NCBI GenBank assembly: GCA_947457195.1
Contig: CANGUU010000007.1
Coordinates: 2,967-66,966 of the forward strand
Length of the DNA: 64,000 nt
From: Gammaproteobacteria bacterium
Lineage (GTDB): Bacteria > Pseudomonadota > Gammaproteobacteria > Pseudomonadales > Pseudohongiellaceae
Reading direction: 5' to 3'
Below are positions 9,469 through 15,935 of this stretch, one piece after another. A program made the position numbers and the translations under genes. Each line of letters opens with the position of its first letter. The first letter of the stretch is position 1. The notes beneath the pieces are model-generated. The model made no database searches. It was given only the letters and a program-made list of their open reading frames with translations, and had not been told where the DNA came from.

Positions 9469-10929
9469 ATGCTTGCCGCCCCTTCCAACCTGTGGGAGCA
9501 CAGGTCTGCGACGTCCTTGCCGCGCTCGGGTCCGCACGGTCACGCTCAGCCTTCCCGCTGCTCCGCTTCCCGCCCGGTCTCCCGGCCGCCCGTCTTGCTT
9601 CGCCGCTGGCGTGTTGGCGCCTTGCTCGCGCCTTTGCTGCTGGTGCTGGGGTTGCCCGCCGCGCTCGGGCAAACATGCCCGCCGCTGCAACCTTATTACC
9701 CGGCCAGCAACCCCGCCCCACCGGAGGAGTGGCAGGCGCGGCTGCCACAGCTGGAGGCCTTGCTGGAAAACTGCCTGCAAAGCGCCGAGTACTTTGCGCT
9801 GCTGGGCGCCGCCCGGCTCAACAGCGGGCAGGTGCCGGCGGCAGTGGAATCGCTGGAGCGCGCGCTGCTGCTGCAGCCCGGCCACGGTGCCGCCCAGATC
9901 GACTACGCCGAAGCGCTGTACCTCAGCGGCCAGCTGTTCCCGGCGCTGGAACTGAACGAGACAGTGCTCGGCCGCAGTGACCTGCCCCCCGCCCTGCGGC
10001 CGGTGATCGAGGCACGGCAGCAGTTCTGGCGCGGGCAGACCCGGCGCCGCCAGCTTTCGCTGGAAGCCACTGCCGGCTACGACACCAACCTCAACAACGC
10101 CCCCACGCGCGGCGACCTGACGCTTACCTTCGGCGGCACGCCGGTCACGCTCAGCGTGGACCCGCAGTTCCGCCCGGTGGAAGGCCGCTTTGGCAACCTG
10201 CGTGCCGGCGGCGTGTGGCAGTGGCTCACCCCCGACCACCAGCATGACTTTACGGCCAACCTGCGCGGCCGCTTCACCGGCAGCGGCGCCACCGCGCTCA
10301 ACCAGGCCCAGTGGCGCTACGGCTTCAGCCGGCCCGGCCGCCACACGGTGTGGACGGCCAACGTAGGCAGCAGCCACATGAGCTTTGGGGGTAACGCCCT
10401 CTACAGCGTGGGCGAAACCCTCCTTACGCTGGGCTGGAACAGCGCCGGCCGCTGCCAACCCGCCCTGAGCGGTGGCCTGCAGACCCTGCACTACCACGGC
10501 CAGCGGGTGATGGACGGTCTGGAGGCCAGCCTGACCGCCAGCCTCGGCTGCCGGTCGGCCAGCGGCCGCCAGCAGCTACGGGTAGACGCCGGCGGACTGG
10601 ATAACAGCGCCAGCAGCGCCAACCGGCCCGGCGGCGACCGCGCCGGCTGGAACCTGCGGCTGGGCTGGCAGTACCAGTCCGGCCGGCACCTGTGGAGCGC
10701 GCTCTACAGCCACGCCAGCGTAGAAGACCAGCGCGGCTACAGCCCGCTGCTGGCCAATGGAGCCACCCGCCGGTTGGGCAACCGGGTGCTCCTGCTGCGC
10801 TACCAATGGGGCTTTGCGGAGGGCGCCGCCTTGGTGCTGGGGCTGAGCCACCAGGCCCAGTCCAGCAACCTGCAACCGTTCCAGAATCGTGGCACTGCAA
10901 CCGAAGTGGGACTGCTGCTCAACTTCTAG
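9469..10929 (+). CDS. TPR-containing outer-membrane beta-barrel protein (possibly Slam/DUF560-like)
   Basis: The signal-like segment is LLRRWRVGALLAPLLLVLGLPAALG. TPR-like helices follow (SAEYFALLGAARLNSGQVPAAVESLERALLLQPGHGAAQIDYAEALY). About 300 aa of amphipathic beta strands begin at LSLEATAGYDTNLNNAP and end in the aromatic terminus GLLLNF. The start is uncertain: ATG 9469 or TTG 9595. The Slam/DUF560 assignment is my pattern recognition only. Confidence 0.55.
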   Translation: MLAAPSNLWEHRSATSLPRSGPHGHAQPSRCSASRPVSRPPVLLRRWRVGALLAPLLLVLGLPAALGQTCPPLQPYYPASNPAPPEEWQARLPQLEALLENCLQSAEYFALLGAARLNSGQVPAAVESLERALLLQPGHGAAQIDYAEALYLSGQLFPALELNETVLGRSDLPPALRPVIEARQQFWRGQTRRRQLSLEATAGYDTNLNNAPTRGDLTLTFGGTPVTLSVDPQFRPVEGRFGNLRAGGVWQWLTPDHQHDFTANLRGRFTGSGATALNQAQWRYGFSRPGRHTVWTANVGSSHMSFGGNALYSVGETLLTLGWNSAGRCQPALSGGLQTLHYHGQRVMDGLEASLTASLGCRSASGRQQLRVDAGGLDNSASSANRPGGDRAGWNLRLGWQYQSGRHLWSALYSHASVEDQRGYSPLLANGATRRLGNRVLLLRYQWGFAEGAALVLGLSHQAQSSNLQPFQNRGTATEVGLLLNF

Positions 10930-11134
10930 CCTTTTCCAAGTCTTTACAGCTGCTTACAGGCAATTCTTTACACTCGCTGTCAGGTGCTTGCAATGCCCTA
11001 CACGGCACGGTAGTCTTGCCACGCTTGTACTGCCCCTGACCAGCTCTTGCTCGCGCTGGGGCGTGGTCCAGTGCAAGGCAGTACCACGAACAACGTAGCA
11101 GGGCGGTCCGCAGTGGCCGGGAAAATGGCAGGTC

Positions 11135-11150
11135 TGTGACGCGAGTCACA
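11135..11150. promoter_or_regulatory. Perfect CRP consensus box TGTGA-CGCGAG-TCACA upstream of the S-layer-like gene
   Basis: Read directly: tgtga (11135-11139), cgcgag, tcaca (11146-11150). The centre is 11142.5, 117 bp upstream of ATG 11267, in a 337-bp lower-GC intergenic region. Confidence 0.6.
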
Positions 11151-11171
11151 CGCAGTGGCCAAGCCCGCCAG

Positions 11172-11177
11172 TAATAT
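11172..11177 (+). promoter_or_regulatory. Putative -10 hexamer TAATAT for the S-layer-like gene
   Basis: The TAATAT hexamer implies a TSS near 11184. That puts the CRP box centre at -41.5 (class II geometry) and gives a 5' UTR of about 83 nt ending in a strong SD, AAGGAG (11252-11257). This is a by-eye assignment with no TSS data. Confidence 0.3.
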
Positions 11178-11266
11178 CCACCCTGCTACAAGAGGCGAAA
11201 TTCCTCTACAAACCCAGTACCACTTGCCTTACCAACAACACCCTAAACTCCAAGGAGATATACAAG

Positions 11267-14200
11267 ATGGCGTCTATATCCGCTGAAGGCCGCAGTGAAC
11301 TCATTGCCCTTTACGTCACCATGTTCAACGCAGCCCCGAGCGCAGCCAACCTGTCTGCCATCGTGGGCCAGAGAGAAGGTGGCGCCAGCCTCGTGGCCGT
11401 TGCCAATACTCTGGCAGCCAGCCCCGATTTCGCCCGCCAGTATCCGGGCTTCCTGACGGCCGACGAATTTGCCAACCGTCTGGCCACCAACATGCTGGGC
11501 AGTGAGGTTTCCGCTGCCACTCGTGACTGGGCCGTGAACTACGTTCGCAGCCAGCTCACCTCCGGCCGCGCCGCCACTGCTGTGGTCACCGAGGCCGTCC
11601 AGGCCCTGCGCGGCACCACCAACACCGAATTTGCCAATGCCAAAGCACTGCTGGCCAACAAAGTGGAAGTTGCTTCCTACTACGCAATCTCGAAGGAGCA
11701 GCCAGCCGATTCCCAGGTTGTCATGATTGGTGTTACCAGTACTGCCTCGACGGTTGTCAGTGCAAAAACCGCAATCGATAGCATTGCGAGCGTAGTGGCT
11801 GGCCAGACCTTCACGCTCACTACCAGCGCCAACACGGGTGCCCTGTTTACTGGTGGTGCCGGTGACGATTCCTACAACGGCGATTTGAGCGGCGGCAACA
11901 ACACTCTGAATGCGCTGGATCGTCTCGATGGCGGCGCAGGGACGGATACGCTGAACGCTGTATTGGCGTCCGACGTTACGCCCGCCAGCATTGCCAACAT
12001 CGAAAACATCGTGGCTACTGCCTCGGGTGGCGCGCGTGAACTCAACCTGGTCAATGCACCAGGAGTCCGGTCTGTAAGCTCCACGTCCTCCTCTGGCGGC
12101 GTGATGACGGTCAGCGGCATTGCTGCTGGTGCATCGCTTGCCGTCAACTCCCAGTCCGTCGGCGCCACGTTCAACTACGCCGACACCTCGGGTACGCAAT
12201 CAATCGCCCTTGGCGTAGCCGGTGTAACAGGCGCAGCCCCTGTCACGGTAAACGGAGTAGAAACAATTGCCGTAACGGCAACGGGTTCCGCCAGCACCTA
12301 CCAGCTGTCGGCCGATGCACTGACCTCGGTGAGCTTTGCCGGTTCGGCTGCGCAAACCGTCACTCTGGCCGGTATGACCGGCACCTCTAGCTTCAACGCG
12401 GGTGCTGCTACCGGTGCTGTCAACCTGACCCTGATCAACCAGTCTATTCTGGCGTCCACCACGCGCGTGACCGTCACCGGCGGAACTGGTAACGATACGC
12501 TGACTGTCGGCGCCCATACGCAGTCCGACCTCAACGTCTCTGCCGGTGCTGGCAACGACACGGTAAGCCACAGCAGTGTTTCCACCACTGATACCCTCAG
12601 CGGCGGCGATGGAACCGATACGCTGAGCACCACAATGGCTTCCGCCAATGCGATCGATGCATCCGCCCCACTCACACGCATCATTACCGGCTTTGAGCGC
12701 ATTACGATCACTGACGCGTTCGACGGTACCCTTAGCCTATCCAACATCGACACTGGGCTTGTCCAGGTCAATCTGGCAGACGGTGCATCCGGCGCTGGTG
12801 CGTTGATGACTGGCGGTGACGCCATCACCGGCCCTGCGGGCACGCTGACAGTGAACGTTGGTGGCTCCTCTGCAGGTAACGCCACGACCATGGGCGGCGC
12901 ACTTACCGTGACGGACACCGGTACAGCGACGACGGACTCGGTAATCATCAACAATACGGCTGTCAACACCACGACTGCCCTTGGCATCAACGTGTTTAAC
13001 GCCCAAAACATCACGTCCACCGGCTATGAGAATGTCACCATTGGCGTTGGTAGCTCGGGTACGACTGCACCGGCGTCTACGATTGGTACACTCACCATTA
13101 CGCCGGACGATTTGACGGCAGCCATATCGCTCACACTGACCGGTGGAAACGATGTGACCATCTCAAGCGTGACATCGACGGGAACTGGTCGCCTGACCAT
13201 TGACGCCTCTGCCGTCAATGCCGGAACCGACAGCCCATACGTTCAGATCGACGCAGTTACCCTCGGAACAGGTGGCACTGCCAGCATCATTGGTTCTGCT
13301 GGTAACGACAGCATCACCAGCGGAACTGTTGCACAGACGATCTCCGGCGGTGCTGGTAACGATACCATCACCGGTGGCACAGCCGCCGACAACATCAGCG
13401 GCGATGCTGGCAACGACACCATCACTGATGGCGCGGGTGGCAATGACACTATCGCTGGTGGTGATGGTAACGACACGATCACCGTGACGGGTACCTCTAC
13501 CGTAAGCGTAGATGGTGGTGCCGGTAACGACACCATTAACATCGGTAGCGTATTGTCGGCGCTTGACACCGTAAGCGGGGGTGATGGTACCGATACTCTC
13601 CGTTACTCCAGTGCCGTTACCGCAGACGTTGCTGTAGGGGTGGCAGGCTTCGAAACGCTGCGCGCCGACGCTGCGCTAACGCAGGATATGGTGCAGTTCG
13701 TAAATAATGCTGGCTTTACCCGCTTGATCAACCAGGTTGCTGGTGCCGTAACGTTCAACAACGTCGGCAGCGCCGTGACCTCGTTCACCGCGGGCGTTGC
13801 GGGCTCAACGACTACTATTGATCGCCTGCTGGATACGACATCCAACAGCCTCTCGGTATCACTGACCACTGCAACGACGACGACTGCACTCACTGCAAGT
13901 GATGAAGAAACTATCACGGTGAGTTCCAGCTTGACTGGTGCAGTCACCCTGACCACACTGACGGCGGACGACTTGACCACGCTGAATATTGGCGGTCTTG
14001 GCGCCGTTACCATCACCAACATCGCCAATGCAGCCAACTTGGCTGCAATCAATATCACGACCTCGGCGGCGGTATCGGTGAATGGAAACCAGTCCACGGT
14101 TAATATGACGGCGACCGGTACATCAGCATTCGCCAACACCATTACCGGTGGTTCTGGCAATGACGTGATCACGGGTGGTTCTGCAGCAGATAGCCTCACG

Positions 14201-14869
14201 GGCGGCGGCGGCGCCGATACCGTCTCCGGTGGTAACGGCGACGATATCTTGCTGGGTGGCAGCGGTGCCGACAGCATCACGGGCGGTGAAGGCTCCGATA
14301 GCGTTACTGGTGGCACTGGCAACGACACCGTGGTTCTTACCGAGAACTCCGCTGTAGCGGACACGGTGGTTCTGTCCACAGCGGCTACCAATGGTGTTGA
14401 TACCATCGTCGGTTTTGCGGCGGGTGCAGGGGCAGACATCATCCAGTTCGTCAATGCCGACACCACGCAGGCCGATGCTGCAGGCGCAGGCGCATTCCAA
14501 GACATTGCTGCAGTCACCTTGGTGAACGCTGCCGCCTACGATCTGGCCGCAGTCATCAACACTGCTACAATTTCCGTGGTGGAACTGCGAGGCACAACCG
14601 CAGCCAACGGCGATCTGGGTGCGGCGACCGATGGTTCAGAATTGCTGAAGTTACTCGGCACCGCCGACTCGGCAGCGACCGGCATCACCGTTGACAACAA
14701 CGGTGATCAGCTCTTCCTGGTAGCGTACGACAACGGCAATGCCTACCTGTTCCATGCAAACTCCGGTGCTGACACTACCGTCTCAGCCTCTGAGATCCGG
14801 TTGGTGGGTATCCTCACGGGTATCACGGTTGGTGCAATTGCTGACGGCGACATCGTAAGCTTGGCCTAA
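11267..14869 (+). CDS. RTX-repeat, T1SS-secreted S-layer-like surface protein (RsaA-type architecture)
   Basis: 1200 aa, rich in Thr/Ala/Gly/Ser/Val, and I saw no Cys. The N-terminal helical domain of about 150 aa is not repeat-like. Long beta-strand repeats follow. Two blocks of GGxGxD nonapeptides are present (GGAGNDTITGGTAADNISGDAGNDTITDGAGGNDTIAGGDGNDTI and GGSGNDVITGGSAADSLTGGGGADTVSGGNGDDILLGGSGADSITGGEGSDSVTGGTGNDTV). There is no N-terminal signal peptide. The C-terminus ...LFLVAYDNGNAYLFHANSGADTTVSASEIRLVGILTGITVGAIADGDIVSLA has the style of uncleaved T1SS signals. Confidence 0.8.
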   Translation: MASISAEGRSELIALYVTMFNAAPSAANLSAIVGQREGGASLVAVANTLAASPDFARQYPGFLTADEFANRLATNMLGSEVSAATRDWAVNYVRSQLTSGRAATAVVTEAVQALRGTTNTEFANAKALLANKVEVASYYAISKEQPADSQVVMIGVTSTASTVVSAKTAIDSIASVVAGQTFTLTTSANTGALFTGGAGDDSYNGDLSGGNNTLNALDRLDGGAGTDTLNAVLASDVTPASIANIENIVATASGGARELNLVNAPGVRSVSSTSSSGGVMTVSGIAAGASLAVNSQSVGATFNYADTSGTQSIALGVAGVTGAAPVTVNGVETIAVTATGSASTYQLSADALTSVSFAGSAAQTVTLAGMTGTSSFNAGAATGAVNLTLINQSILASTTRVTVTGGTGNDTLTVGAHTQSDLNVSAGAGNDTVSHSSVSTTDTLSGGDGTDTLSTTMASANAIDASAPLTRIITGFERITITDAFDGTLSLSNIDTGLVQVNLADGASGAGALMTGGDAITGPAGTLTVNVGGSSAGNATTMGGALTVTDTGTATTDSVIINNTAVNTTTALGINVFNAQNITSTGYENVTIGVGSSGTTAPASTIGTLTITPDDLTAAISLTLTGGNDVTISSVTSTGTGRLTIDASAVNAGTDSPYVQIDAVTLGTGGTASIIGSAGNDSITSGTVAQTISGGAGNDTITGGTAADNISGDAGNDTITDGAGGNDTIAGGDGNDTITVTGTSTVSVDGGAGNDTINIGSVLSALDTVSGGDGTDTLRYSSAVTADVAVGVAGFETLRADAALTQDMVQFVNNAGFTRLINQVAGAVTFNNVGSAVTSFTAGVAGSTTTIDRLLDTTSNSLSVSLTTATTTTALTASDEETITVSSSLTGAVTLTTLTADDLTTLNIGGLGAVTITNIANAANLAAINITTSAAVSVNGNQSTVNMTATGTSAFANTITGGSGNDVITGGSAADSLTGGGGADTVSGGNGDDILLGGSGADSITGGEGSDSVTGGTGNDTVVLTENSAVADTVVLSTAATNGVDTIVGFAAGAGADIIQFVNADTTQADAAGAGAFQDIAAVTLVNAAAYDLAAVINTATISVVELRGTTAANGDLGAATDGSELLKLLGTADSAATGITVDNNGDQLFLVAYDNGNAYLFHANSGADTTVSASEIRLVGILTGITVGAIADGDIVSLA
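13340..13602 (+). repeat. RTX Ca-binding nonapeptide repeat block 1 (coding repeat)
   Basis: Tandem GGxGNDTI units are read in frame from Ile692 onward, with further GGAGNDTINIG and GGDGTDTL units up to about 13602. Confidence 0.8.
14141..14335 (+). repeat. RTX Ca-binding nonapeptide repeat block 2 (coding repeat)
   Basis: Seven consecutive GGxGxDx(L/I/V)x units are read in frame, from ITGGSGNDV to GGTGNDTVV. Confidence 0.85.
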
Positions 14870-14891
14870 CCCGTAATATCTTGGCGTAATG

Positions 14892-14926
14892 AAAACCCGC
14901 CCCCCAAAAGGGGGCGGGTTTTTTTT
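14892..14926 (+). terminator. Rho-independent terminator after the S-layer-like gene
   Basis: A 9-bp GC stem (cccgccccc at 14896-14904 pairing with gggggcggg at 14910-14918) has a 5-nt loop and is followed by T8 (14919-14926). It is preceded by A4, so it may be bidirectional. Confidence 0.85.
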
Positions 14927-15113
14927 GGCTATTCTTCCGAGACCATGCCTGAGGTAGCGTAAGCCCCTCTCCTATGCGATTCACCCACTAACAACAGGCC
15001 ACACCTGCAGGGAATGTGCGGCGAGGTGACGAAGCCCGACGCCACCAAAGACTTCAACGCCGCAAACTGGGATGCATAACGACGCCCCGACTTGCAGAGG
15101 AACTCTCCCCCTC

Positions 15114-15398
15114 ATGACACTGCATCAGCACACCCGGGAACGACTGCTGGCACATCTCGCTGCTGCGGGAACAAAGGAGCAGCCCGGCGTACTCAACAAC
15201 GCGCTCAGACTCCTCGCCAAGTGGCGAAGTGCATTGATTCAAGACGTGGTACTGAAGCAGCATGGTACGGTGGTACAGCAAGGGCCACTCCAAGGACTAG
15301 AGTTCGTGGAGGCATCAGCAGAGGGTTGCCATATTGCGAAACTGCTTGGAACTTACGAGCAAGCCTTTCAGCCATTCATTGAACAGGCGGTGGGCTGA
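15114..15398 (+). CDS. Hypothetical protein; possibly the detached N-terminal part of the downstream methyltransferase
   Basis: The ORF is in the same frame as 15408-15935, separated by TGA-GGG-TAA-AAA. The upstream boundary is uncertain (ATG 15072 or 15114). No motif was recognised. Confidence 0.35.
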   Translation: MTLHQHTRERLLAHLAAAGTKEQPGVLNNALRLLAKWRSALIQDVVLKQHGTVVQQGPLQGLEFVEASAEGCHIAKLLGTYEQAFQPFIEQAVG

Positions 15399-15407
15399 GG
15401 GTAAAAA

Positions 15408-15935
15408 ATGGTTGTCAACATCGGCTGTGCCGAGGGCTACTATACTGTTGGTATCGCACGACGCTTGCCCAACAGCCGCATTCTGGCATTTGATTCGTAT
15501 GCACTTGCCCGTCAAACCTGCAAGCGTCTCGCGCAAATGAACGGAGTCAGCCAGTCGGTGCATATTGGGCATCAGTTCGAGCCAGGGGACTTTGCTGCCC
15601 TGCCGTCGCAGGACACCCTTGTGCTCTGCGATATTGAAGGTGCTGAAGGGGCGCTGCTTGCACCTACGCAAGCACCTAACCTGGCCAATCTTGACCTGAT
15701 TGTAGAGAGCCATGAATGTCTCGTGCCGGGAATCACCAAAACTTTGATTGAGCGCTTTGCAAGCACCCACGACATCACGCTGGTGCAAGATACCGGGCAG
15801 CGCAATCTCGAATCCCCAGCGCCGTGGTTTCTGGGACTCTCGCACCTCGATCAATTGTTGGCCGTATGGGAGTGGCGCTCTGGTCCAACGCCATGGCTTG
15901 TGATGAGGAGCCGCACTGGCCGCGAAGCAGCATGA
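15408..15935 (+). CDS. Class I SAM-dependent methyltransferase (FkbM-like style)
   Basis: 175 aa. The ATG is preceded by GAGGG. The SAM-binding glycine motif is VVNIGCAEGYYTVGIA, followed by an acidic residue after beta2 (ILAFDS). The stop overlaps the next start (ATGA at 15932-15935). Confidence 0.65.
   Translation: MVVNIGCAEGYYTVGIARRLPNSRILAFDSYALARQTCKRLAQMNGVSQSVHIGHQFEPGDFAALPSQDTLVLCDIEGAEGALLAPTQAPNLANLDLIVESHECLVPGITKTLIERFASTHDITLVQDTGQRNLESPAPWFLGLSHLDQLLAVWEWRSGPTPWLVMRSRTGREAA

Noticed and set aside
7370-9748. Very long antisense ORFs opposite real genes. Examples are 191-1735, 1966-2940, 6027-7310, 7370-9748, 18214-20694, 20202-21554, 27411-29282, 40005-42035 and 52955-56797.
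   Set aside because: Their translations are Arg/Ala/Gly/Pro-rich with no recognisable motifs. They lie exactly opposite ORFs with clear family signatures. Such shadow ORFs are expected in DNA this GC-rich because stop codons are rare.
15072-15935. Calling the two methyltransferase-region ORFs a single pseudogene.
   Set aside because: Two separate stop codons interrupt the frame, and a plausible RBS plus ATG precede the second ORF. I therefore kept two CDS and flagged the issue as a finding instead.
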